Assembly (NCBI GenBank): GCA_010909165.1
Contig: MU008163.1
Coordinates: 620,001-684,000, forward strand
DNA from: Anthoceros angustus
Taxonomy: Eukaryota > Plantae > Anthocerotophyta
DNA length: 64,000 nt
Reading direction: 5' to 3'
Shown: positions 47,901 to 60,300 of the stretch, one piece after another
Position numbering within the stretch: the first letter of the stretch is position 1
Layout of the letters: the number at the start of each line of letters is the position of its first letter
Position numbers and translations under genes: made by a program
The notes under the pieces: model-generated
Database searches by the model: none
Seen by the model: only the letters and a program-made list of their open reading frames with translations
What the model was told of the DNA's origin: nothing

Positions 47901-48300
47901 TGGGTGGGTACATTTGTTTCAGGTACGTGTGATGGAGTGGAGCGCTATCCTACCCTACCCTGCCGCCGGGGTCTTCCGCCCGCTCGCCCTCTCGCGTTGT
48001 GTGGATCTGCAGCCCGCCCCGCCCTAGTGTCCTGGTGCTGTAGGCACCTCACGCTGCCTTGCCTTGCTAGCGCTAACTGTTCCTCTCCGTTGTGGGCACC
48101 GGTTTGTATGGAGCATGGATTGGCTGCCGAGCGAGGTTAACGTGGCAGGGACGCTTGCTTGAAGCTGCTGCTGTGAGTGGTAGCTCCACATCCAGCTCGA
48201 GATCCAGCTTGTGACTCCACAGGGAGTTGATCCCGTAGGCTTTCTGCAGCTTTCAGCCTTTTGGTGTTTCCTGTCCCCGAGGTAAGCTCCCGCTCATCCC
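44965..48300. repeat. Tandem array, ~735-bp unit, about 4.5 copies
   Basis: The anchor gctgccagtacccgtttgtatggagcatgg occurs at 45146, 45886, 46621 and 47353, with a diverged copy at 48089 (spacings 740, 735, 732, 736). Each unit has an internal duplication of ttggcctttcggtcgtgtttgtttgttttgtgctgcggcggctggcc. Confidence 0.96.
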
Positions 48301-48329
48301 TGGCTGTTTGTACGTTTTCTCCATGTCGA

Positions 48330-50760
48330 CGGCCGGGTAGCCGGCATGTCTTACCCCTACATACATGGTTGATGTACGCACCATGATGGGGAGTTTGTGG
48401 ACTGACCAGTGTTGAGTTCGTAGAGTGATTGGCGTTCTTGCGTTTCATTGCTGTGTAGCTCGAGAGGCAGGAGGCCGTGGAGCAGATCGTGTGCAGGGCT
48501 AGCCCCGGGGTCGGGCACAGCCTCATCATGTGGTTCCCGGACATTCTAAGGCACAGGCTTCATACTTTGAACAATGCCTTTGTTGAGGCCATTGCCAGTC
48601 AGGGCTACAGCGGAGTGTTCCGTGGGGTTTTCCCAATGAAGTGCAATCCGGACCGGCAGATCGTGGGGGACATCATGGAGTACCGGAGGGGACTCGACTA
48701 TGGCCTGGAACCGGGGTCGAATCCGGGAATTCTGGTGGTGATGGCGTGCGTATGCAAGGCCGGTCCCCGAGCTTTTGTGATTTGCAGTGGTAAGGACGCA
48801 GAGCACATCGCCCTTGGCCTAACAGCCAGGAAGATGCAGCTCAACTCCATCATCGTGTTGGAGCAGGAGCACGAGTCAGACATCATGGTGGCAACCAGCC
48901 GGGACATGGACGTGAAGCCTGTCATCGGCTTTAGGGCGAAGCTGAGCACGAAGCGAGGTGGTCAGTGGGGCAAGACCTTCGAGGAAGATGGCAAGTTTGG
49001 TCTGACATCCCGGAACTTGTGAGGGTGGTGGGCAAGGTGAGGGCGGTGGGCATGCTGGACTGCTTGCAGCTGCTCCAGTTTCACTTCGGATAGGGTGGTG
49101 AGGGTCCAAGATGCAACCTGCAAGCGAGGATGGGGAGGACCAAGTTCCAATGCAGCCTCCAGTGGTTTGATGTACTTGGTCTGAGTGAGTGCAGGAGCTG
49201 AGGGGGTGAAGTGGTCCATGGCATAGAGCTGCTGCACTGCTTCCGGTTATTCCGCATCAGGATGGGCATGAGCATCAGCAGCTAATGCCATGGGAACAGC
49301 TGGCCTGTGAGGCGGCGGAAGCTCTATCTGAAGGCATGGGATCGGAGGAGGAGCAGGTTCCGGGCAGCTCCCCCTGCATCCTTTTGCTTGGAGCTTCAGA
49401 TACTTTGCTTGATTGTCTGCGTCAGGACTGGCGTGGAGGCGATCACGAGGTTGTGAATTCGTATCCTGATCCAGAGGAGGACCCATATCCTGCATTGCAA
49501 CTTCAGGTGCAACAGGACCAGGCCGAGGCGGTTTCTTGCGCTTGGATGTTGACCTGGGTGCGGGTGGAATAATTGGAGTGGAGGAGGAGCTGGGACATTA
49601 TCTTGAAGCATGATGTGAGATGAAGCATGATGTGAGGTAAACCTGGTGTCGGACCCGGCTGATGCTCCTGCTGCAATCCACCAAGAGTCCTGGCCCAAGG
49701 TCGAGGAATTGGTATGTTGGGTCTGTGTGGATGTTTGTCCAGGGGCTGCTGTTTGAGGATCTAGAAAAGGACCTCCATGTCCCGCCGGTACGTTTGCAGG
49801 TGGCTGCTCATGCCGCTGGTGCAACCGCTGGCTGTGGTGCCTAGGGATTGGTTGGCATGTTCCAAGCAGGAGCAGGAGCCGGGAACCTCACACACCAGCT
49901 GCTCGACAAGCATTCCAGCCAGACCCAGCGTACTAGTTCCTCGACCTTGGACCCAAGCAAGCACTGTCGGTCGATTGCAGCAGTAGCAGCCGTATCCTAG
50001 ACTACGTTCATCTCACACATGCCTGGCCCAACTCCTCCTCCACTCCACCTGTTCCCACCCGCATCCAGGTCAAGGTCCAAGCGGAAGAAGCCGGCTCGGC
50101 CTGTTCCTACTGCACCTGGAGCTGCAATGCAGGATATGGATCCTCCTCCGGATCAGGATCCGAATCCACAACCTTCGTGATTAAGTCTCGCGCATCCGGG
50201 CGCAAACACATGAAGCGGCCGTGTCCATTTCATGGTCATTGAAAATGAATCGAACATTCATTGGATGCCCATATGTTTGAGAAAGTTTATTTGCACATTT
50301 ATATATTTATGCAACGACTTTGTTCATTTGAAGGACCCTAATCATGGCAAGATGTGCAAGGACGTGTATGGCAACCCGAACCACTACCTGGAGGTGCAAC
50401 CCTTGCAGCCTGGCAAGTCCTACTACATGGGCATGATCCGTGCAGGTGGCCATTCATGGGGAACACGCACAACTTGTTCGGCAACAGCAATATTGTGCGG
50501 GTCACTGAGAGAAGGAAGCGGTGGGTTATGATATTGAGGAGGGTGGCCGAGGCCAGGCTGTCACTGATGTGCTTCGACTCATCCAGCATGAGCCCGATAC
50601 CATGCTGCAGGACTCGTTATCTTTATAAGACCTCAAGACCCGGGTTGAGGAACCCTACCCGAGGGCCACCTAACCCCTGCTGGCCAAGAAATTCTGGCAG
50701 GCTTAGGATTATCCAGTTGAGGGGGGACAGAGAACTAAACCCCCTCGCCTATGAGCCGCT
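48330..50760 (+). pseudogene. ADC: Arginine decarboxylase pseudogene (intronless, many frameshifts/stops, central part replaced by a hairpin)
   Basis: LIMWFPDILRHRLHTLNNAFVEAIASQGYSGVFRGVFPMKCNPDR; YGLEPGS; KDAEHIALGL..LNSIIVLEQEHE; VKPVIGFRAKLSTK..GKFGLT; GMLDCLQLLQFH; EQLA; and, after the insertion, GK..SYYMGM..HNLFG..VRV..DVLRLIQHEPDTM..LKTRVEE. These follow the order of plant ADC. Confidence 0.9.
49440..50185. repeat. Long imperfect inverted repeat (arms ~320 bp, loop ~100 bp) inside the ADC pseudogene
   Basis: Left-arm gatcacgaggttgtgaattcgtatcctgatccagaggaggacccatatcctgcattgca pairs with tgcaatgcaggatatggatcctcctccggatcaggatccgaatccacaaccttcgtgatt (50125-50183). Inner ccaaggtcgaggaa (~49696) pairs with ttcctcgaccttgg (~49937). 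Pairing continues inward to about 49770/49875. Confidence 0.85.
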
Positions 50761-51217
50761 TGCCTTCATGTGCGCGATCGCAGCTTCAGCTCTTCGACCT
50801 ATCTCTGCACCCTCTCCTAGTTGGTCTATCTACAGGCCTCAACACATCTACAGGCAGCACAGCTTTGGGACGGGGAAGCAGCTTCATGTGCAAAATAATG
50901 CTGGACACGGACATGAAGGTGATGCATTTGTAGCCTGCAGTGCAGGGCATCAAGTTATGTTGTCTGCAGCCACCAGTTTGTTGGATTCCCTGTAGTAAAC
51001 CAGCGTAGTAATTAAAAATTCTCTTTCAGATTAGGAAAGCTAGTCGTTACATTTAGAACAAGTCATGCACTTCTAGACAAGCAATGTTTCACATGTTGGC
51101 TCACAAATAGGATTATGGGGAGTTCGGTCTCGCGCACAAAGCCGCGAAGGAAAGCCTCCTTCACTGCCTTCAGCCAGGACCGTATGTTCTTCATTGGTCT
51201 GACAGTTGATAAGCAAC

Positions 51218-53870
51218 TCATTGCTCTTTCGAATTCTCCTTCTTCCGCAGCGTCAGCGGAAAACCGTCTGCCGGGTAGGGAATGGGCCAGACATTCTGCT
51301 TCGGGAAAGGAACTACTCCTGCAGGCTCGAACCTGCATGTGTGCACACAACATCCAGGAGCCGTGAGTACTCTTGAAGGTGATTTCAAGCTCGATGGCTT
51401 CTACGGGATGCAGTGTGTCTTACTCCAACACTTGTAGAAAACGATGCAGAAAAATGAGAATCTGCTGTCTCGCCAGATCTTTGCCAACACAGATTCGGTC
51501 TCCGTTACCAAAAGGTGTGCAGGTATTGAACTTGGGCTTCGCCTGGTGAACATTCCAAAGGTCTAGTCAGTGGCCAGGGCACGAACAGCCGAAGGGAACC
51601 TACCCACCAGAACAGATGATCACTCCGGACAGCAGCAACCACTCTTTGCATGTAAGCTGTGCCCATCGAGTAAGTGATCTTGCCTTCAATCACAAATGAA
51701 GCCCATGCTACAATCCGAGAATTTTGGTAAACGTTTGTTACCTCAAATCGATCAGGATCAAATCTTAGCGGATCAGGGTACACCTCTGAGTCCAGATGGA
51801 AATAGCGGTACCATGTAAGCACCTGCCAGCCTTTTGGAATCAGCATGCCTGAAAGAGGAAAACCCAACTTGTCATCATGACGATGCAGATATATGCGGAC
51901 GAGGTCAGGAGAGCTCTTAGGTGACAACATGAAAACATTATTATCATGTACAGCACGATATCTAAGAGTAGTCTTTCCAGAAGTGCTTACCATCCAACAC
52001 CACATCCTCTTTTGCTTTGCGAGGGCTGAAACCCGCAATGTTAACCAGTCTCATTGTCTCTTGCAAAACTGGCAGCATGTCGAATTCAGGAGCACATACC
52101 ACACAAACGTGAGCACGAAGGAACTTGAAAGTCTACCGGAGGTCTCAACAGTGCGGCTGAAGATTTCACTTGCAAACGCTGTGAAGAAGAAGGCACAGAG
52201 TGGGGCTAACTGGAATTAGACGTACTCGAGTAGTGTAAGTCAGTGCCCTGGTCATTTCCTCCCATTTGATAGCGGCGTCTGGAGGTTGTCCCTTGCAAAA
52301 CTCCTCATGCTCATCCTGCACGCACCACAAATTCAAACAACCATAAACCTTACATCTACAAGGCAAGGATGCAGAGCACACATCACAAACATCACGAAGT
52401 CTCGGAAAATTAGTGAGCACGATCTGACTTACTCTGACTCGCTTTGCGAGCTCTGGATACTGGCACATGTTGTAGCTCAAAGTTGGCTTTCACCTTCTGA
52501 CAGGAACGGACTTGAAGCTGAAGAAGTGCAAAGAGCTTGGAGCCGATTTTGTGATAAATTACAAGACACAGGATTTTGTACAGCGTGTCACGGAAGAGAC
52601 CAAGGGGAAAGGTAATAATACCTGCCTGACGCCTGCATGGCTGGTTTGACAGAATGTGCTCGCCGAACATCTGGTTCTTCTACATTGCCAGGTGTGGATG
52701 TCATTTTGGACAACATGGGGGCTATCTACTTCCAGCGAAACCTTGACGCCCTCGCAGTTGGAGGGAGGCTCTTTATCATCGGATTTCAAGGAGGCACCGT
52801 CGGGGAATTCAGCCTGGGCCCAATTGTTGCTAAACGCCTGACTGTCCAAGGTACCTAACGTTCAAACAAGCCGTGAATCTTGTCTGCTGCATAATCATCT
52901 CATGCAACTAATTCGAGGAGGTTGTTTTTGCAGGGGCCGGTTTGAGGGCTCGGACACCTGAAAATAAGGCTCAGATTGTGGCTGAGGTGAAGAAGCATGT
53001 GTGGCCGGCAATAGATGAAGGGAGAACCCACATCAGGGCACACGTTGTGGTATCATGAGCTGCAAAGAGGACAGTAAGCATGTTGGATCTGATCTGCGCG
53101 TCACTCAGCTTCTAGCTCTCCGTCATCACTCTCCCAAGACAAGAACTGCTGAAGCATATCGTCATGTTGCAGTCGGCCCTTTTCGCCCCGTCTCTTGTCC
53201 ATAAGATGCTGCAAGAACTTGAAGGCTCTTCCAGATCCCTACGGCCAAGAAAATCAGAATGTTCATACCCCATGCATCAGTACATCTATGGTACGCTTCG
53301 TGCAGTCAAGGACCCGGCTCTCAAGATTCAAACCCTTCCACCATACCTTCACAGCCTTGCTCCACGCACTTCCGGGAACCCTGAGTGGGACCACCAAGAG
53401 GCCATGCTCCACGGTACCAACGTCCTGCCGAAACCGATCCAGCTCCACAGACGGTTCCCAGTCGTCGCACATGAGGCACATCGCCACGCAGAACGTAAAC
53501 TGCACAGGAGTCGCACATACCATCCACACAGGTACACACGGACTGCAGATAAGAGTTAGCCCATCACAGAAAAGACGAGCTTCGACACAGGCTGTCAGCT
53601 GATCACTACATCTATTCAAGTCACCTACAGCTGATCACTACATCTATTCAAGTCACCTACATCCTTAAGCGCCCTCACAGTCTCCATGTTATCCTTGTCG
53701 GCCATGGCAGCAACCATGTTAGGCGATATACGAGTGTTAGGCAACATACGGACACATATGTATACCTTGCCCGATACGATGTACTGTACGAGCCACCGCC
53801 ATGGCTGTGGATATAAATGGAGAGCTCATGCTGCCAGCGTCTGGTAAGGCAAAGTTTTTGGTACTTTCAC
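51218..53870 (-). pseudogene. Cytochrome P450 pseudogene, paralog of 41154-43497, interrupted by a foreign gene fragment
   Basis: Same exon structure as the first P450: ETVRALKD|FTFCVAM..VPLRVPGSAWSKAVK|GSGRAF..VLFAAHDTTTCALMWVL // YNMCQYPELAKRVR|DEHEE..KWEEM|VLQETMRL|GMLIPKGW..FDPDRFE|FGNGDRICVG|WPIPYPADGFPL, with the stop at 51218-51220. There is a 1-nt frameshift near 53115, and the 5' part is degraded beyond ~53720. Confidence 0.9.
52476..53022 (+). pseudogene. 547-bp internal fragment (3 exon pieces plus introns) of a zinc-independent NADPH:quinone oxidoreductase (PIG3/zeta-crystallin-like MDR)
   Basis: KLKKCKELGADFVINYKTQDFVQRVTEETKGK|GVDVILDNMGAIYFQRNLDALAVGGRLFIIGFQGG..GPIVAKRLTVQ|GAGLRARTPENKAQIVAEVKKHVWPAIDEG, with GT-AG introns. 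It has no start or stop codon of its own. Confidence 0.9.
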
Positions 53871-54349
53871 CGCCTCGAGCTTAAGAATCGGTATCGAGCC
53901 TCGCCCAACGTTCAGGACGTGCAGGCATGGTTGCGGGGACGAAGGAGTTGGCCAAGGGTCGTGTCGACACGCCGCAATAGGAATTTGAAGCGCCCATGGG
54001 GAGCTGGCGTGGATGCTCGGCAACAGCTGGTTGCCTCAAATGAAAGGATTGCCCAGTTGAATGCATCGAGTGAGCGGATTGCTCACCTTGAGCAAGCGTT
54101 ACAGCGGCCTTGCAAATCCATCAGGACCCTATGTCACGGCTTCAAGGTATGGAAAAGGTAAAGGGATCAAGGCCAGATGTGGAACGCAAAAGTTTGGGCA
54201 ACCAGCCCAAAAGAGCGAGGAAGAACGAACTTGATTTTTTGGCTAAAATGATTGAAGGATCATGCCGGATTTTGAAATCCTTGAAGTCGGAGTTGTAGGA
54301 TATTGTTAGGGAGGCGTAAAGGATATCTCGGGAAAAGAAACAGGTCGAA

Positions 54350-57300
54350 ATGGCCCTTGGGCGAGACAGGAAGGCAGCAAGGTGAAGGAGAGTGAGAGTA
54401 GAAGGAGGAAAATCGCCACACTACCACGGTGGTGGCGGACTACCGTGGTCTAAGATCTCGGACAAAAGGAAATTAGGATAGGGGGATATCCACTATATAT
54501 GCTCATCAATAGAGGATAAATATATAAGAGTAATTAGCAAGAGATTAATTAGGCAGAGTAGGAAAATAGGTATTATAGATCAGATTAGGATTTTGTGAAT
54601 GATGCACAAAATCTAGGGTTGTGTGGCCGCCAGGTGGCAGCCATCCAAAGCAGGCAAAGTGCAGTTTGGGGCAGCGCCAACTTCCTTTTCGAGCTAAGGC
54701 GAACTCACTTCCCAAGAGAGGCGGGGCGGGGCGCAAAGAAGCCCGGGAGGCGCCATTGCCGTCGTCAGCCACGAGAGGAAGGCGGTGAAGGAGAAGACCC
54801 CTAGCGGAAAGGAGAAAGAGGAGGCGGCAAGCACCGAGCGCCCAGGCACCGAGCTCTTGAATCGGGAAAAGAGACACATTGAAGGATCCTGGCAGAGAGC
54901 GAGTTGGGCCGGCAGCAAGGTGAAGGAGAGTGAGAGTAGAAGGAGGAAAATCGACCACACACACGCTACGGAGAAGAAATCAAGGAGAAGAAATCAAGGA
55001 GTCAAGTGGAGGCTCAAGACAGGCTAACGTGTGCTTGTGCCTCAGGTCGGGAGTCGCTGCCTGCGACGAGAAAAGGAGTGTTTGGAGGTGAAGCTTGGAG
55101 CACACAACGCTGAAAATTGGGAAGTAATCCTCTTTGCTAGGAGCGAGGGAGTAAGGAAGGTGCCATGCCTCGAGCTGGAAAAGGCAAGGGAAAGGAGCCG
55201 CCTGGCAAGGGCTCCTCCTCGCGAGAAGAAAAAGGAAAGAAAGCAGCAGCAGGGGCTGCGCCGCCAGGGGGAGGTGAACTTGTGATGCCCCAATTCACTT
55301 GCTTTGCTGGGCAGCTTAACCCTCGAGATTTGGTTGATTTTCGGTGGCGGGGAAGGGAAGGAGAACATCCAACTAGGATGGGTGTATGGCCGCCAATGGG
55401 CCTACACCAATTTGGAATTGATTGAGGAGTGTTACATCAACCTCCATCAATCGGAAGCGCCCTCGCAGGAAGGAATGCTAGAACGGATCCTGAGGACCGT
55501 GAGAAGTATTCGGTGTATGGAAGACCGGAGGAAGAAAGCTCGAATTGCTCTCCTCGAAAGGTTGAATGGGGAAGAGGACATCGACATCCCGCAGAGTTCC
55601 TTGACATGATGGATGGAGGTGAAGGCCCACGCCAAGAATGGCTGGAAGACCGAGAGCATCAAGGAGTCAAGTGGAGGCTCTTCGCAAAGATTGTGCTGGG
55701 GTTGGTAAATTACCAACGCACTCTTATTTCAAAGACCAACTTCCTCCAATTTTGTGGAAGATTTCCATGGGAGCCAAGCCGATTGGGGACTATCATGTAT
55801 GAAGCGTACATACACCATCGAGAGAAGCTCCTCAAGCCAAATTCGTGGATGAGGAAGGACCAAGGCCCACCTATCTTAGCACCTATTTGGTGCATTTATG
55901 GGAAACCGAGGGACTCCTCACAAGCAAGGAGCTTGAAGATGCATGGCATCCCTTTGAGGTCATCCATCTCCACCGAGGTTGGAAAGGCCTTTGCCTTTGC
56001 ATTGCGAAGACGGTGGGAGGTCGACCTCCACAAAATGCTAGAGGCAAGAGGAGAAGGTTCGGAGGCAACAAAGTTGCGAGTGGGAATCCTTTCCACAGGA
56101 GCAAGCAAGGGAAGAGCAAGAAGCGGCCGAGAAGGCCGATGGTGGTCTATGAGAGAAGGACCACAGGAGGGTCAAGTGGGGAGTCCCCACCATCTCCTTT
56201 GTGCCTACGAGAGGCACCGAAGCTCTTGAATCGGGAAAAGAGACACATTGAAGGAGGCACCCGCGGAGCGCGAGTTGGAGGCCAGGCAGCAAGGTGAAGG
56301 AGTGAGAGTAGAAGGAGGAAAATCACGACCCTGTGGCTGGAGAAGAAATCAAGGGAGGAAATTCAGCCGGGAGGCTCAAGACAGGCTAACGTGTGCTTGT
56401 GCCTCAGTCTCAGCTGCGACGAGAAAAGGAGTGTTTGGAGGTGAAGCTTGGAGCACACAAAATTGGGAAGTAATCCTCTTTGCTAGGAGCGAGGGAGTAA
56501 GGAAGGTGCCATGCCTCGATGGAAAAGGCAAGGGAAGGAGCCGCAAGGGCTCCTCCTCGCGAGAAGAAAAGGAAAGGAGAAGGCGCCGCTGTGGGAGGTG
56601 AACTTGTGATGCCCCAATTCACTTGCTTTGGCGGCTTAACCCCGAGATTTGGTTGATTTTCTGTGGGAGGAGGAGAACATCCAACTAGGATGGGTGTATG
56701 GCCAATGGGCCTACACCAATTTGGAATTGATTGAGGAGTGTTACATCAACCTCCATCAATCGGAAGCGCCCGCGCCACGGAAAGGAATGCTAGAACGGAT
56801 CAGACCGTGAGAAGTATTCGGTGTGTATGGAAGACCGGAGGAAGAAAGCTCGAATTGCTCTCCTCGAAAGGTTGAATGGGGAAGAGGACAGCCCTCCGAC
56901 ATCCCGCAGAGTTCCTTGACATGATGGATGGAGGAGTGAAGGCCCACGCCAAGAATGGTGGAAGACCGAGAGCATCAAGGAGTCAAGTGGAGGCTCTTCG
57001 CAAAGATTGTGCTGGGGTTGGTAAATTACCAACGCACTCTTATTTCAGCACCAACTTCCTCCAATTTTGTGGAAGATTTCCATGGGAGCCAAGCCGGATT
57101 GGGGACTATCATGTATGAAGCGTACATACACCATCGAGAGAAGCTCCTCAAGCCAAATTGTGGATGAGGAAGGACCAAGGCCCCTATCTTAGCACCTATT
57201 TGGTGCATTTATGGGAAACCGAGGGACTCCTCACAAGCAAGGAGCTTGAAGATGCATGGCATCCCTTTGAGGTCATCCATCTCCGAGGTTGGAAAGGCCT

Positions 57301-60300
57301 TTGCCTTTGCATTGCGAAGACGGTGGGAGGTCGACCTCCACAAAATGCTAGAGGCAAGAGGAGAAGACGAGGCAACAAAGTTGCCGAGTGGGAATCCTTT
57401 CCACAGAGCAAGCAAGGGAAGAAGAGCAAGAAGCGGCCGAGAAGGCCGGATGGTGGTCTATGAGAGAAGGACCACGGGAGGGGTGACCAGAGTGGGGAGT
57501 CCCCACCATCTCCTTTGTGCCTACGAGAGAGGCACCCAGACTACCCGGTGGGAGGCGGTCTACCCAAGGGGTGGGCACCGTGGTAGGCGGTCGACCTCCA
57601 CAAAATGCTAGAAGCAAGAGGAGAAGGTTCGGAGGCAACAAAGTTGCGAGTGGGAATCCTTTCCACAGGAGCAAGCAAGGGAAGAAGAGCAAGAAGCGGC
57701 CGAGAAGGCCGATGGTGGTCTATGAGAGAAGGACCACAGGAGGGTCAAGTGGGGAGTCCCCACCATCTCCTTTGTGCCTACGAGAGGCACCGACGACTAC
57801 CCGGTGAGGCCCACCCAAGGGGTGGGCACCGTGGTAGGCGGTCGACCTCCACAAAATGCTAGAAGCAAGAGGAGAAGGTTCGGAGGCAACAAAGTTGCGA
57901 GTGGGAATCCTTTCCCTGTGAGCAAGCAAGGGAAGAAGAGCAAGAAGCGGCCGAGAAGGCCGATGGTGGTCTATGAGAGAAGGACCACAGGAGGGGTGAC
58001 CCGAGAGTGGGGAGTCCCCACCATCTCCTTTGTGCCTACGAGAGAGGCACCCCGGCCACTACCTGAGGGAGGCCCACCCAAGGGGTGGGCACTCACAGGT
58101 AGGCCACCACCATGGTAGGTAGGCACTACCACTGGGGAGCAGCCTCCTTGTGGGCATGCCAAGAAGGCCCACGCCAAGAAGGCCCACGCCAAGAATGGTG
58201 GAAGACCGGAGGAAGGGAAGGAGAAGCGGTGGCGGGCCGGCCACCATCTCCGCCCGGTGGGAGGCGGTCTACCCAAGGGGTGGGCAGCCTCGTGGTGGCG
58301 TCGACCTACCATGGTAGGTAGGCGGACTACCGGTGGGAGACAACCCCACCGGAGGAGACCAACGCAAGAAGGCCCACGCCAAGAAGGCCCACGCCAAGAA
58401 TGGTGGAAGGGAAGGAGAAGGCCGATGGCCCGAGAGTGGGGAGTCCCCACCATCTCCGCTGTGGGAGGCGGATGGAGCGACGGTGAAGGGCCGCGCCAGC
58501 CGATGGCCCGAGAGGTGTGAGAGCTGGAGATTTCCAGAAGAAGAAAGAAGGGAAGGAGAAGCATGGGCCGCGCCAACCACCATCTCCGCGCTGTGGGAGA
58601 GCGGATGGAGCGACGGTGAAGGCCCACGCCAAGAAGGCCCACGCCAAGAATGGCCGGAGGAAGAGAGCTGGAGATTTCCAAAGAAGAAAGAAGGGGTGGA
58701 ATTAGGACCCCTAGGAGAATTCTGGGTGCTTGTGAAGCACTCAGTGGATTTGAAGGCTAGAGAAAGCCTCCTTGTGGGCATGTCAAGAAGAAGTGAAATC
58801 TCAAGACATGGCCGGAGGAAGGGAAGGAGAACATCCAACTAGGATGGGTGTATGGCCGCCAATGGGCCTACACCAATTTGGAATTGATTGAGGAGTGTTA
58901 CATCAACCTCCATCAATCGGAAGCGCCGCCGCCACGGAAAGGAATGCTAGAACGGATCCCCGCTGGACCGTGAGAAGTATTCGATGTGTATGGAAGACCG
59001 GAGGAAGAAAGCTCGAATTGCTCTCTCTCGAAAGGTTGAATGGGGAAGAGGACATCCGACATCCCGCAGAGTTCCTTGACATGATGGATGGAGGAGTGAA
59101 GGCCCACGCCAAGAATGGCTGGAAGACCGAGAGCATCAAGGAGTCAAGTGGAGGCTCTTCGCAAAGATTGTGCCGGTAAATTACCAACGCACTCTTATTT
59201 CAAAGACCAACTTCCTCCAATTTTGTGGAAGATTTCCATGGGAGCCAAGCCGATTGGGGACTATCATGTATGAAGCGTACATACACCATCGAGAGAAGCT
59301 CCTCAAGCCAAATTCGTGGATGAGGAAGGACCAAGGCCTCGCTATCTTAGCACCTATTTGGTGCATTTATGGGAAACCGAGGGACTCTCACAAGCAAGGA
59401 GCTTGAAGATGCATGGCATCCCTTTGAGGTCATCCATCTCCAGCCGAGGTTGGAAAGGCCTTTGCCTTTTGCATTGCGCAAGACGGTGGGAGGTCAGACC
59501 TCCACAAAAATGCTAGAGGCAAGAGGAGAAGGTTCGGAGGCAACAAAGTTGCCAGAGTGGGAATCCTTTCCCCCACAGGAGCAAGCAAGGGAAGAAGAGC
59601 AAGAAGCGGCCGAAGAAGGCCGGATGGTGGTCTATGAGAGAAGGACCACAGGAGGGGTGACAGCCCCGAGAGTGGGGGGAGTCCCCACCATCTCCTTTGT
59701 GCCTACGAGAGGCACCCCACGCCAAGAAGGCCCACCCAAGGGGTGGGCACCGTGGTAGGCGCCACCACCATGGTAGGTAGGCGCATCACTGGGGAGCAGC
59801 CTCACCGTAGGGCACCCCACGCCAGCAAACAGCCCAAGGTGGTGGAAGGGAAGGAGAAGCATGGGCCGCGCCAACCACCATCTCCGCGCTGTGGGAGAGC
59901 GGATGGAGCGACGGTGAAGGCCCACGCCAAGAAGGCCCACGCCAAGAATGGCCGGAGGAAGAGAGCTGGAGATTTCCAAAGAAGAAAGAAGGGGTGGAAT
60001 TAGGACCCCTAGGAGAATTGCCGGGTGCTTGTGAAGCACTCACCGTGGATTTGAAGGCTAGAGAAAGCCTCCTTGTGGGCATGCCAAGAAGAAGTGAAAT
60101 CTCAAGACATGGCCGGGAGGAAGGCAGGGACCAAATGGCAATTGGAGGCCATGGAGTCCGACGAAAAGGCAGCCAAGCTGGAAAAGGCTGTGGAGAAGCT
60201 CCAGCGCGACCTTATGGATCAGCGGCGCGCGGAGAAGGTCTTGGAGGGGAGGTTGGCTCAAACCGAAGAAAGAGCCATCCGAGCAACCACCCAACGAGAC

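Noticed and set aside
44965-48300. Tandem array as 5S rDNA, snRNA or tRNA cluster; short repeated ORFs as genes
   Set aside because: No 5S, snRNA or tRNA sequence is recognisable. The ORFs are by-products of repetition and differ by frameshifts between units.
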